This document shows positions 40,100 through 50,798 of a stretch of DNA of 64,000 nucleotides, piece after piece (positions within the stretch are counted from its first letter, which is position 1; the number at the start of each line of letters is the position of its first letter). The stretch comes from an uncultured Candidatus Rokubacteria bacterium (GTDB lineage Bacteria; Methylomirabilota; Methylomirabilia; Rokubacteriales; DASRDR01), in NCBI GenBank assembly GCA_963826115.1, contig CAWGVS010000005.1, positions 576,001-640,000 of the forward strand, written 5' to 3'. The translations under genes were made by a program, and so were the position numbers. The notes below the pieces were generated by a model. The model was not told where the DNA came from and made no database searches. It saw only the letters and a program-made list of their open reading frames with translations.

Positions 40100-40108
40100 T
40101 GATAGGCT
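40100..40108 (+). promoter_or_regulatory. Extended -10 promoter (TGaTAGGCT), leaderless glyQS
   Basis: Hexamer ends 6 nt before ATG 40115; no SD sequence. Confidence 0.55.
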
Positions 40109-40114
40109 TTCTCC

Positions 40115-41606
<1,492 letters not shown>

Positions 41607-41628
41607 CGCGCGGCGCGGGGACGCTCCG

Positions 41629-42570
41629 ATGAGCCACCCGTTCAAGCCGATCGACGGCTTCAAGTCGCCGCGCTTCTCGCAGATCCCGACGTTCATGCGG
41701 CTGCCGCACCACCGGGTGGCCGGGGACCTCGACGTCGCCCTCCTCGGCATCCCGTACGACGGCGGCACGTCCTATCGCGCCGGCGCCCGGTTCGGGCCGC
41801 GGGAGATCCGGGTGCAGTCGGCCATGATCCGGCCGTGGAATCCGGTGCTGCGCGTGTCCCCGTTCGAGGGGCTCCGGATCGCCGACTTCGGCGACATCGA
41901 CATCTCGCCGGTGTCGATCGAGCGGACGAACGAGGTCGTCGAGCAGGAGATCGGCGCCATCCTCCAGGCCGGATGCCTTCCGGTCTCGGTGGGCGGCGAC
42001 CATTCGATCGCCCTGCCGATCCTGCGGGCGCTCGCGCGGCGGCACGGGCCGGTGGCGCTCGTCCACTTCGACTCCCATCCCGACACGTGGGACTCCTACT
42101 TCGGCTCGAAGTACTTCCACGGGACGATGTTCCGGCGGGCGGTGGAGGAGGGACTGATCGACCCGCGGCGGACGTTCCAGATCGCGATCCGCGGGCCGCT
42201 CTACGGCCCCGACGACTTCGACTTCCAGGCCCAGCACGGGATGTCGGTGATCCGGGTGGAGGCCATCAAGGAGCGAGGCGTCGACTGGGTCGTGGAGCAG
42301 TACGCCCGCCTCCGCGGGGCCAAGGTCTACGTGTCGTTCGACATCGACGCGGTCGATCCCGCCTACGCGCCGGGCACCGGGACGCCGGAGGTCGGGGGGC
42401 TCACCTCCTACGAGGCGCTGGCGCTCGTCCGAGGGCTCCGCGGGCTCGACTTCGTCGGCTTCGACCTGGTCGAGGTCGCGCCCCAGTACGACAGCGCCGG
42501 CCAGATCACCGCGCTCCTGGCGGCGAACCTCCTCTTCGAGTTCCTGTCGCTGATCGCGCTCAACCGGTGA
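41629..42570 (+). CDS. speB: Agmatinase
   Basis: [48 protein letters not shown]. Confidence 0.88.
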   Translation: MSHPFKPIDGFKSPRFSQIPTFMRLPHHRVAGDLDVALLGIPYDGGTSYRAGARFGPREIRVQSAMIRPWNPVLRVSPFEGLRIADFGDIDISPVSIERTNEVVEQEIGAILQAGCLPVSVGGDHSIALPILRALARRHGPVALVHFDSHPDTWDSYFGSKYFHGTMFRRAVEEGLIDPRRTFQIAIRGPLYGPDDFDFQAQHGMSVIRVEAIKERGVDWVVEQYARLRGAKVYVSFDIDAVDPAYAPGTGTPEVGGLTSYEALALVRGLRGLDFVGFDLVEVAPQYDSAGQITALLAANLLFEFLSLIALNR

Positions 42571-42583
42571 GGGGAGGGGATCC

Positions 42584-43003
42584 GTGAAGATCGATACCAC
42601 GAGCGACTTCGGCAAGCGCGCGGCGGGGCGGCTCCGGGACGAGCTGATCTACTGGCTGGTGACGGTCGGGCCGGACGGCACGCCCGAGCCGAGCCCGGTG
42701 TGGGCGCTGTGGGACGGCGAGACGTTCCTGATCTACAGCCGGCCCGAGACGCCGAAGCTCCGGAACGTCGCGGCGCGGCCTCGCGTCGCGCTCCACCTCG
42801 ACGGCGACGGCCGGGGCGGCGACATCGTGATCGTGACCGGCGATGCACGTCTCGCGCCCGACGCGCCGCCCGCGGACCGGGTGCCCGAGTACGTCGCGAA
42901 GTACCGCGAGGGTCTCCGGCGGATCAACATGACGCCCGAGTCGTTCGCCCGCGCCTACTCGGTGGCGCTCCGCGTCACCCCCTCCCGTCTTCGCGGCCAC
43001 TGA
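42584..43003 (+). CDS. PPOX-class putative F420-dependent oxidoreductase (Rv3369-like)
   Basis: WLVTVGPDGTPEPSPVW, KLRNVAARPRVALH, YVAKY, YS.ALR. Confidence 0.8.
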   Translation: MKIDTTSDFGKRAAGRLRDELIYWLVTVGPDGTPEPSPVWALWDGETFLIYSRPETPKLRNVAARPRVALHLDGDGRGGDIVIVTGDARLAPDAPPADRVPEYVAKYREGLRRINMTPESFARAYSVALRVTPSRLRGH

Positions 43004-43260
43004 CCCGGGGGCACGTCGCCGAGGCGCCGGCGCCTCGATGGTGATGCCAGACCCCTCGCGCTGCCAGGCACACGGGCGAGATCACGTGCCTCTCGCCCTG
43101 GCAGCAGCTCTGGCTCTGCTCCCGACCGGGCCCACTTGACGTCCGGCTCGCCCCGGCGGACTCTCGCGGGGGTCAGCGACGAGATTGGACCGGCCGCCTG
43201 GCCATTTGGGGCGAGGTGGTCGTTGCCGGAGAACACCAGAGAGACGAAAGAGGGACGACT

Positions 43261-43878
43261 GTGGACGCGATCGGGCTCCGCCGCCGTGTCGTGCGCCTGC
43301 TGCTGTTGATCGGACTCGGGGGAAGCCTGGCCTTCCCGTCGAGCGGGCCGGCCCAGGAGCCCACCCTTCCGCCGGAACTGGAGACCGTCCGCGCGGCCCT
43401 GGCGAAATATCAGGACTTCCTGGTCGCGGTTCGCGACGGCTACTTCTCCACGGTGGGATGTGTCCACTACCCGCAGCCGGGCGGGCCCGGACAGGTTCCG
43501 TATCCGGCCGGCGCGATGGGCATCCACTTCCTGAATGTCGCGCTCGTCGGCCCCGTGCCGGACCCGATGCGCCCGCCGATCCTCCTCTAGGAGCCGGTCG
43601 GCGACAAGCTTCGTCTGGTCGGGGCCGAATGGTTCGTCCCGCTGGCCACCGGGATCAAGGAGCGGCCCAGCGTGCTCGGGCGGCCCTTCGACGGCCCGAT
43701 GCACGGGCACGAGCCCCTCATGCCGCAGGGGCTCCACCACTACGACCTGCACGTGTGGCTCTGGAAGGAGAACCCGGCGGGGCTCTTCAGCCCGACCAAC
43801 CCCGCGGTCAAGTGCGACGGGTACGCCCACTCCATGGCCGAGGAGGCTCCGCACGTCGTCGCGCACCCCACGCCCTGA
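43261..43878 (+). pseudogene. Secreted hypothetical protein interrupted by in-frame TAG at 43588-43590
   Basis: Signal peptide; AMGIHF...PPILL*EP...GAEWFVP...HYDLHVWLWKENPAGLFSPTNP continues in the same frame after the stop. Confidence 0.75.
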
Positions 43879-43932
43879 TCTCGGGGTCGGGCGCGTTCTC
43901 GGGACGAGCCTCCGGAAGCGTCCGGCGCGGCC

Positions 43933-44253
43933 TCAGGCCATGAGGCCGCCGAGGATCGCGCCGAGGATCATCGGGCCCACCTGAGCCGCGACCAGCACGA
44001 AGCCGCCGGCGGCCGCGACGGCGCCGATCAGCGGCATGGTGGTGAGGACCGTCGCCAGCACGAAGAGCAGCGCGGCGACGACGAACGCGGGGATCAGCGA
44101 CGCCAGGATGCCACGGCCGACGCCGCCCGCCTTCCGACCCCCGACGATGCCGCCCAGGAGCGGCCCGACGAACGGCAGCCAGAAGAGCAGGAGGGTGATC
44201 ACCAGCATCCAGACGGACGCGCCGACGATGCTGCTGCGCCCGGAGCCGCTCAT
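43933..44253 (-). CDS. Small Gly-rich membrane protein
   Basis: 3-4 TM segments, LFWLPFVGPLLGGIVGG; AAGGGAG RBS. Confidence 0.75.
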   Translation of the reverse strand: MSGSGRSSIVGASVWMLVITLLLFWLPFVGPLLGGIVGGRKAGGVGRGILASLIPAFVVAALLFVLATVLTTMPLIGAVAAAGGFVLVAAQVGPMILGAILGGLMA

Positions 44254-44311
44254 GGTCGCTCCCTTCGGGTGAGTGGGGTCAGACTTTGACGGCCTGACAT
44301 TGCGCGGCCCG

Positions 44312-44926
44312 TCACCGCCGGCGAGTCTGGCCCCGCACCTCGGCGTGACGGAAGCAGTCGACGACGTGGTCGTTCACCAGGCCGGCGGCCTGCATGAAGG
44401 CGTAGCAGATCGTCGAGCCGACGAACGTGAATCCGCGCTTCTTGAGCGCGCGGCTGAGGGCGTCCGACTCCGGGGTGCGGGGCGGGACGTCCTTCAAGGT
44501 CCGCCGAGCGTTCTGGCGCGGCTCGCCGCCGACGAACTCCCACAGGAAGCGGTCGAAGCTCCCGAGCTCCTCGCGGAGCGCCAGGTACGCGCGCGCGTTG
44601 CGGACGGCGCCCTCGACCTTCAGGCGGTTCCGGACGATCCCGGGGTCGGCGAGGAGCGCCCGGACGCGCGCCGGCCGGTACGCGGCGATCTTCCGCGGGT
44701 CGAAGCGGTCGAACGCGCGCCGGTAGCCGGCGCGCTTCCGCAGGATCGTGATCCACGCGAGGCCCGCCTGGGCGCCCTCGAGGCACAAGAGCTCGAAGAG
44801 ACGGCGGTCGTCGTGGAGCGGCACGCCCCACTCGCGGTCGTGATACGCGCGGTAGAGCGGATCGGTGCCCGCCCAGCCGCAGCGGACGCGCTCGACGGGG
44901 TCGGGGAGCCCGGAACGGCGTGACAT
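44312..44926 (-). CDS. tag: DNA-3-methyladenine glycosylase I
   Basis: RCGW, YHDREWG, LEGAQAGLAW, IVRNRLK, FVGSTICYAFMQA, NDHVVDC. Confidence 0.95.
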   Translation of the reverse strand: MSRRSGLPDPVERVRCGWAGTDPLYRAYHDREWGVPLHDDRRLFELLCLEGAQAGLAWITILRKRAGYRRAFDRFDPRKIAAYRPARVRALLADPGIVRNRLKVEGAVRNARAYLALREELGSFDRFLWEFVGGEPRQNARRTLKDVPPRTPESDALSRALKKRGFTFVGSTICYAFMQAAGLVNDHVVDCFRHAEVRGQTRRR

Positions 44927-44930
44927 GGCG

Positions 44931-44939
44931 TGCTATTAT
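44931..44939 (+). promoter_or_regulatory. Extended -10 promoter (TGcTATTAT) for nfeD-slipin
   Basis: Lies in the 25-nt divergent gap between tag and nfeD. Confidence 0.55.
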
Positions 44940-44951
44940 GCAACCACTCTG

Positions 44952-46280
44952 ATGGCTCGCGCTGGGCGGGGGTGGTCTGTCGCCGGCCGTGTCCTCACCG
45001 GCCTCGCGTTGGGGCTCGCCCTGGCCACGTCGGCCGGGGCCGAGACGGTCTCGACGCTCGAGATCGACGGCGTCATCAGCCCGATCACGGTCCGCCTCGT
45101 CTCAGCGGCGATCGAGCGGGCCCGGGCCATCGGCGCCGAGGCGCTGGTCATCCAGCTCGACACGCCCGGCGGCCTCGAGCGCTCCATGCGCTCCATCGTG
45201 CGCGACATGCTCAACTCCCCGGTCCCGGTGATCGTCTACGTGTCGCCCACCGGCGCCCGGGCCGGCTCCGCCGGCGTGTTCATCACGATCGCCGCCCACG
45301 TCGCGGCCATGGCGCCCGCCACCAACATCGGCGCCGCGCACCCCGTGCCCGCCGGCGGCGGGACCATGGACAAGGAGATGAACCGGAAGGTCGAGAACGA
45401 CGCGGCGGCCTTCATCCGGTCGGTCGCGCGCGAGCGCGGCCGGAACCAGGACTGGGCCGAGAAGGCGGTGCGGAGCAGCGTCTCGGTGACCGAGCAGGAG
45501 GCGCTGAAGCTCGGGATCATCGACCTGGTGGCCGAGAATCTCCCCGACGTCCTGGCGAAGGCCGACGGCCGCTCGGTGAAGACGTCGCGCGGGCCCGTCA
45601 CGCTCCGCACGAAGGGGGCGACCGTGCAGCCGTTCGCCGTCGGATGGCGCGACCGCTTCCTCGCGCTGATCACCGATCCCAACATCGCGTACATCCTGCT
45701 CATGCTGGGCATGCTCGGGCTCTTCTTCGAGCTGGCGAACCCCGGGGTGATCCTGCCGGGCGTGATCGGCGGGATCTCGCTCATCCTGGCCTTCTTCGCG
45801 TTCCAGAGCTTGCCGATCAACTGGGCGGGGCTCCTCCTCATCCTGTTCGGCATCGTGCTCCTGATCGCGGAGATCAAGGTCGTGAGCCACGGCGTGCTGA
45901 CGATCGGCGGCATCATCGCGATCCTGCTGGGCTCGATGATGCTGCTGAACACGCCGGAGTTCCCGTTCCGCGTCTCGTGGACGGTGATCATCCCCGTGGT
46001 GGCGGTCACCGCGGGCATCTTCATGTTCGCGGTCTCGGCCGGGGTGAAGGCGCAGATGAGCCAGCCGACGACCGGGGCGTCCGGGCTGATCGCTGCGGTG
46101 GGCGTGGCACGGACGGCGATCGACCCCGAGGGCCAAGTGATGGTCCAGGGGGAGCTGTGGTCGGCGGTGTCGCCGGGCGCGGCGATCGCCGAGGGCGAAC
46201 GGGTGCGCATCGTCGCGGTCGAGGGCCTCCGGCTCCAGGTGGAGCGCGAGGCCCCAAATCCGGATACCGTCCGGGCCTGA
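44952..46280 (+). CDS. nfeD: NfeD membrane-bound serine protease (ClpP class)
   Basis: LDTPGG, AGSAG, MAPATNIGAAHPV, TM region, OB-fold GELWSA. Confidence 0.92.
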   Translation: MARAGRGWSVAGRVLTGLALGLALATSAGAETVSTLEIDGVISPITVRLVSAAIERARAIGAEALVIQLDTPGGLERSMRSIVRDMLNSPVPVIVYVSPTGARAGSAGVFITIAAHVAAMAPATNIGAAHPVPAGGGTMDKEMNRKVENDAAAFIRSVARERGRNQDWAEKAVRSSVSVTEQEALKLGIIDLVAENLPDVLAKADGRSVKTSRGPVTLRTKGATVQPFAVGWRDRFLALITDPNIAYILLMLGMLGLFFELANPGVILPGVIGGISLILAFFAFQSLPINWAGLLLILFGIVLLIAEIKVVSHGVLTIGGIIAILLGSMMLLNTPEFPFRVSWTVIIPVVAVTAGIFMFAVSAGVKAQMSQPTTGASGLIAAVGVARTAIDPEGQVMVQGELWSAVSPGAAIAEGERVRIVAVEGLRLQVEREAPNPDTVRA

Positions 46281-46298
46281 CGACCTGAGGGGAGAGGC

Positions 46299-47078
46299 AT
46301 GGAAACTGCCATCTACATCGTGCCGGCGTTGGTCATCCTGCTGTTCCTGTTCAGCTCGGCGATCAAGATCCTGCGCGAGTACGAGCGCGCGGTGGTCTTC
46401 CGCCTCGGGCGCCTGGTGCCGAGCAAGGGCCAGCGACCGGGCGTCATCCTGCTGTTTCCCTTCGTCGACAAGATGGTGAAGGTGAGCCTCCGCACCGTGG
46501 CCATGGACGTCGCGCCCCAGGACGTGATCACTCGGGACAACGTGTCCATCAAGGTCAACGCCGTGATCTTCTTCCGCGTCATCGACCCCCGGCAGGCCGT
46601 CGTCCAGGTCGAGGACTATCTCTACGCGACGTCGCAGATCGCGCAGACCACGCTCCGGAGCGTGCTGGGCCAGGTCGAGCTCGACGACCTCCTGGCCTCG
46701 CGCGACCAGGTGAACCAGAAGCTCCAGCGGATCATCGACCAGCACACCGATCCCTGGGGCGTGAAGGTGACGGCGGTCGAGGTCAAGCACGTGGACCTCC
46801 CGCAGGACATGCAGCGGGCGATGTCGAAACAGGCGGAGGCCGAGCGCGAGCGGCGGGCGAAGGTCATCAACGCCGAGGGTGAGTTTCAGGCGGCGGAGAA
46901 GCTGGCCCAGGCGGCCCTGGTCCTCGCGCAGACCCCGATCGCGGTCCAGCTCCGTTTCCTCCAGACCATGCGTGAGGTCGCCTCCGAGCGGAACACGACC
47001 ACGTTCTTCCCGATCCCGATCGACCTCTTCTCACCATTCCTCACGGCGGCCGGGGGTGCGGGCGCGTCGAAGTCCTGA
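46299..47078 (+). CDS. SPFH/slipin (stomatin-like) protein
   Basis: [42 protein letters not shown]. Confidence 0.95.
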   Translation: METAIYIVPALVILLFLFSSAIKILREYERAVVFRLGRLVPSKGQRPGVILLFPFVDKMVKVSLRTVAMDVAPQDVITRDNVSIKVNAVIFFRVIDPRQAVVQVEDYLYATSQIAQTTLRSVLGQVELDDLLASRDQVNQKLQRIIDQHTDPWGVKVTAVEVKHVDLPQDMQRAMSKQAEAERERRAKVINAEGEFQAAEKLAQAALVLAQTPIAVQLRFLQTMREVASERNTTTFFPIPIDLFSPFLTAAGGAGASKS

Positions 47079-47092
47079 CCGGCTCACCGACC

Positions 47093-49186
47093 GTGCCGGA
47101 CCCGGATCCGCCGCTCCACCGCGGTGGTCGCGGGGGAGTCGACGTCGCGATCACGGCGACGGCGATCGGGGTCGGCGCCTTCCTGCTGTTCGGGATCCAG
47201 CCGATCGTCGCCAAGCGCCTCCTGCCGTGGTTCGGCGGCTCGGCGGCGGTGTGGATGACCTGCCTCGTCTTCTTCCAGACCGGGCTCCTCGCGGGCTACC
47301 TCTACGCGCACGTGCTCCACCGCCGGCTGTCGGCGCGAGCGCAGGCGCGCGCGCACATCGTCGCGCTCATCCTGAGCCTCCCGGCCCTCCGCTTCCTGCT
47401 GACCGCCGCGCCGGCGCCGGGCCTGGAGGCCCAGCCGATGCTCGGCGTGCTGCGTCTCCTCGCGCTCACGGTCGGCCTGCCCTACGTGCTCCTCGCGAGC
47501 ACGGGCCCACTCCTCCAGTCGTGGCTCGCGCGCCGGCCGGCCACGGCGCCTCCGTACTGGCTCTTCGCGCTGTCGAACCTCGCGTCCCTGGCGGCCCTGG
47601 TCGCCTATCCGGTGCTCGTGGAGCCGTCCGTCCCGTGGAGCCTTCAGGCGATCGGGTGGGCGGTCGCCTACGCGGGCTTCGCCACGCTGTCGGTCGCCGC
47701 CGCGCTCCGGGCGGCCGGCCAGCCTGTCCCGGCGCCCGAGGAGGCCGCGGCGGTCGCCGCGCCGGGCTGGGGCGAGCGGAGCTTCTGGGTCGCGCTCTCC
47801 GCCTGTGGCGCGCTCCTCCTCCTGGCGGTCACCGCGTACATCACGCTCCAGATCGTGCCCGCGCCGCTCCTCTGGGTGGTGCCGCTCGCCGCGTACCTCC
47901 TGACCTTCGTGCTGTGCTTCGAGTGGCCCAGGCTCTACTGGCGCCCAGCCTGGCTGGTCCTCCTCCCGGCGGCGCTCGGGGGCATGTCGTACGCGGAGCG
48001 GCAGGGGCTGAGCGAGCTGGCCGGGGCCTGGCGAGTGGCGATCTTCGTCGCCGGGCTCTTCGTCTGCTGCATGGTGTGTCACGGCGAGATCGCGCGCCGC
48101 CGCCCCGCCGCGCCGTGGCTCACGACGTACTACCTCCTGATCGCGCTCGGCGGAGCGCTCGGCGGGATGTTCGCGGGACTCGCCGGCCCCTTGCTGTTCC
48201 GCCACCTGATCGAGCTGCCCGTCGCGCTGGTCCTGACCGCGCTGCTCGGCGTGCTGGCCGTGCTCCAGGCGCTCTGGCCGCGCGTCCCCCAGCCGGTCCG
48301 GCTCGCGGGGGTCGCCGTGCTGCCATTCGCCCTCGGCGTCTACGCCATGTGGATCGTCCAGGGCGAGTGGAACGCGGCGCGCGGGTACCGCTTCGTCCGG
48401 AGCTTCTACGGCCAGCTTGGTCTGAGGGACGATGGACACCGCGGCGAGGAGTCGGAGTCGCGCACGCTCGTCCACGGCGGCATCATCCACGGGACGCAGT
48501 GGCTTCACGAGTCGCGGCGGCGCCAGCCCACGACCTACTACTGCGAGACGTCAGGCGTCGGCCGGGTGATGGAGCTCCTGCCGGCCGAGCGGCCGCGCCG
48601 CGTCGGGATGGTCGGGCTCGGAACCGGCACGCTGGTCGCCTACGGGCGGCGAGGCGACGTGTACCGAGTCTACGAGATCAACCCGCAGGTCGTGCGGCTC
48701 GCCGAGACGGAGTTCAGCTTCCTCCCCGATTCACCGGCCGGGGTCACGATCGCCCTGGGCGACGCGCGGCTCCGGCTCGAGGCCGAGCCGCCGCAGGGCT
48801 TCGACCTCCTGGCCGTCGACGCCTTCTCGGGCGACTCGGTCCCCGCGCATCTCCTGACCCGGGAGGCGCTCGAGCTCTACGCGCGACACCTCGGGCCTGG
48901 CGGTATCCTCGCGCTCCACCTGTCGAACCGCTTCATCGACTTCGAGCCCGTGGTGGCCGCGGGGGCGCACGCGCTCGGCCGGCCCGCGCTGAACGTGCTG
49001 GGAGACGGCGACGCCGCGCGACTCTGCTACGACTCCCAGTGGATCCTGATCCCGCCGGCGGACGCGCGGACGCGCTACCCGACCCTCTTCCCGCTCGGCG
49101 CCGTGCTCGAGCCCACGCCGGGATTCCGGCCGTGGACTGACGAGCGCTGGAGCCTCTTCCCGGTGCTCCGGAAGGGTCTGCGCTGA
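47093..49186 (+). CDS. Fused membrane/spermidine-synthase-like SAM-binding protein (start uncertain)
   Basis: LLPWFGGSAAVW, PYWLFALSN, CHGE, HGGIIHGTQ, VGLGTG, YEINP, GDAR, DAFSGD. Confidence 0.88.
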   Translation: MPDPDPPLHRGGRGGVDVAITATAIGVGAFLLFGIQPIVAKRLLPWFGGSAAVWMTCLVFFQTGLLAGYLYAHVLHRRLSARAQARAHIVALILSLPALRFLLTAAPAPGLEAQPMLGVLRLLALTVGLPYVLLASTGPLLQSWLARRPATAPPYWLFALSNLASLAALVAYPVLVEPSVPWSLQAIGWAVAYAGFATLSVAAALRAAGQPVPAPEEAAAVAAPGWGERSFWVALSACGALLLLAVTAYITLQIVPAPLLWVVPLAAYLLTFVLCFEWPRLYWRPAWLVLLPAALGGMSYAERQGLSELAGAWRVAIFVAGLFVCCMVCHGEIARRRPAAPWLTTYYLLIALGGALGGMFAGLAGPLLFRHLIELPVALVLTALLGVLAVLQALWPRVPQPVRLAGVAVLPFALGVYAMWIVQGEWNAARGYRFVRSFYGQLGLRDDGHRGEESESRTLVHGGIIHGTQWLHESRRRQPTTYYCETSGVGRVMELLPAERPRRVGMVGLGTGTLVAYGRRGDVYRVYEINPQVVRLAETEFSFLPDSPAGVTIALGDARLRLEAEPPQGFDLLAVDAFSGDSVPAHLLTREALELYARHLGPGGILALHLSNRFIDFEPVVAAGAHALGRPALNVLGDGDAARLCYDSQWILIPPADARTRYPTLFPLGAVLEPTPGFRPWTDERWSLFPVLRKGLR

Positions 49187-49201
49187 CGGAGACGCGCGCT
49201 A

Positions 49202-49348
49202 CTACGGTGGCGGGATAATGATCTCGTCTTCGCCGGGCGACCCGTCGAGTACTCCGGCGTACTGGATCTCTCGCGCGAGATCCTCGGGGGTAAGCACCTG
49301 CTCGACGCGCGGCGGCTCGTAGGCGGAGGACTCGGGCGGCTCCGTCAT
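49202..49348 (-). CDS. 48-aa peptide, RiPP-precursor-like
   Basis: MTEPPESSAYEPPRVEQVLTPEDLAREIQYAGVLDGSPGEDEIIIPPP; AAGGAGG RBS (49357-49363); own promoter. Confidence 0.75.
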   Translation of the reverse strand: MTEPPESSAYEPPRVEQVLTPEDLAREIQYAGVLDGSPGEDEIIIPPP

Positions 49349-49383
49349 GCGGCGACCCTCCTTGGTCGGGTGACCACGCCTCG

Positions 49384-49392
49384 AAGCTATCA
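49384..49392 (-). promoter_or_regulatory. Extended -10 promoter (TGaTAGCTT) for the 48-aa peptide
   Basis: TGn-TAnnnT about 35 nt upstream of ATG 49348. Confidence 0.55.
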
Positions 49393-49444
49393 CGCGGCCG
49401 CGTTTCGGGCAGGGAAGTGGTGGGCGCGAGCGGGGGCGTCACAG

Positions 49445-49473
49445 TGGACGAAAGGGATCGGGCCGTGTATCGT
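49445..49473 (+). promoter_or_regulatory. sigma70 promoter for tRNA
   Basis: TGGACG-17 nt-TATCGT. Confidence 0.55.
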
Positions 49474-49482
49474 ACTTGCCGC

Positions 49483-49559
49483 GGGGGGTTAGCTCAGCCC
49501 GGGAGAGCGCTGGAATCGCACTCCAGAGGTCGAGGGTTCGAATCCCTTACCCTCCACCA
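49483..49559 (+). tRNA. tRNA-Ala (anticodon CGC)
   Basis: Acceptor GGGGGGT/ACCCTCC with G3:U70, D arm TAGCTCAG, anticodon arm CTGGA-ATCGCAC-TCCAG, GGTTCGAATCC, encoded CCA. Confidence 0.97.
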
Positions 49560-49564
49560 CTTCC

Positions 49565-49590
49565 AAGGCCGCGCCGAACGCGGCCTTTCT
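49565..49590 (+). terminator. Intrinsic terminator after tRNA
   Basis: aaggccgcg-ccgaa-cgcggcctt followed by tct. Confidence 0.6.
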
Positions 49591-49594
49591 GCAT

Positions 49595-49641
49595 GTTGAC
49601 GGGCGGCCTCGAGCGAAGGCTTGGGGCCGCCCGTCGTCAAC
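49595..49641. terminator. Long inverted repeat between convergent tRNA and DUF302 gene
   Basis: gttgacgggcggcctcgagc-gaag-gcttggggccgcccgtcgtcaac. Confidence 0.5.
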
Positions 49642-49682
49642 TCTCCGTGAGACCGCGTGCCGCGGGCCCGGCCGCCCGCTGA

Positions 49683-50066
49683 TCAGCGGGCGGCGTCGGC
49701 CATGATCGCGACGACCGTGTCCTCGACCTCCTCCGCCACGCGTTTGAGATCGGAGTTCCCGAAGACGCCGATCAGGGCGGTGGGTCGGATGGTGGCGAGC
49801 TTCGCCTTCCCGTCCTCCTCGTACACCGAGATCCGGCACGGGAGGGCCGTCGAGACCTGGAGGTTGGCCTCCAGCACCCTCTTCGCCTGATGGGGGTTGC
49901 ACACCTCGAAGATCCGGCACTCGGGCGCGAGCGTCACGCCCTTCTCGGCCATCTTCGCCTTGAGGTCATGTACGCCCAGCACGCCGAACTTGTGGCGCGC
50001 CACGGCCTGCTCGAGATCGGCGATCACGCGCGCCAAGGGCTTGATCGACTCGACGATGTGCAGCAT
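49683..50066 (-). CDS. DUF302 domain protein
   Basis: FGVLGVHDL, IFEVCNP, ALPCRISVYE. Confidence 0.9.
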   Translation of the reverse strand: MLHIVESIKPLARVIADLEQAVARHKFGVLGVHDLKAKMAEKGVTLAPECRIFEVCNPHQAKRVLEANLQVSTALPCRISVYEEDGKAKLATIRPTALIGVFGNSDLKRVAEEVEDTVVAIMADAAR

Positions 50067-50089
50067 TGGCGTCCCCGCCCGCCTGGCCA

Positions 50090-50485
50090 CTACTTGGGCG
50101 TGCCCATCATGTCCGACATGCGCTTCTGCATCTCGGCCATGTGCTCCATCATCTTGGACATCTCGGGCATGCCCATGGGTCCCGTCATCATCCCGCCGCC
50201 CATGCCGCCTCTCGCGCCCATGCCGCCCATCAAGGTCCCCATCTGCTTCATGAGGTCGCCCATCTGCTTCATCCGCTCCGGCGACATCTGACCGCCGGCG
50301 ATCATCTCTCCCATCTGCTCCATCAGCCCGCCCATCTGCTGCATGATGCCCATCATCTGCTGGTGCATCCCGCGCATCATGCCGGGCCCCATGGGCCCCA
50401 TGCCGGGGGATGGGGCTTGCTGTGCGGACGCCACGCCGGATGCGCCCAGTGCGACGGCCAGCAGGATCGTCAGGATCGTCTTCAT
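50090..50485 (-). CDS. Secreted methionine-rich protein
   Basis: Sec signal ending ASA/Q; 33 Met in 131 aa; AAGGAGG RBS. Confidence 0.85.
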   Translation of the reverse strand: MKTILTILLAVALGASGVASAQQAPSPGMGPMGPGMMRGMHQQMMGIMQQMGGLMEQMGEMIAGGQMSPERMKQMGDLMKQMGTLMGGMGARGGMGGGMMTGPMGMPEMSKMMEHMAEMQKRMSDMMGTPK

Positions 50486-50524
50486 GATTCAGCCCTCCTT
50501 CGGTCTCGGCCCGGACTCTGTCAT

Positions 50525-50540
50525 GGCAACTCCTGGGCCA
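50525..50540 (-). promoter_or_regulatory. sigma54 promoter with upstream IHF-like site
   Basis: TGGCCC-aggag-TTGCC, GG-N10-GC; AT-rich AATCAACTATCTT at 50569-50581 (minus strand). Confidence 0.65.
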
Positions 50541-50798
50541 GTCGGAAGGGTGAGCCGCAAGATACTGAAAGATAGTTGATTGGACACCGGCCCGCCGTGA
50601 CTCACTGGCTGGCGGGACTGGATTCGCTGGGGCACGCCGTCACCGGCTGGGGCGCTGATGCCTCAGGCGGCACCGCACCTGGGGAAGGGGGCGGTCAGTC
50701 CCGAGCCTCCAGCCTCCGCGGGCGAGGTCGGGCCCCGCCGCCGGGACGGTCGCGGAGACCTGCCAGAAGATGGGGGGTGGCTACCACCCTGAACGCCA

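Noticed and set aside
43588-43590. Pyrrolysine or stop-codon reassignment
   Set aside because: TAG terminates many genes here (rlmN, larB, coxS, coxL, coxM); no pyl genes; position best fits Tyr
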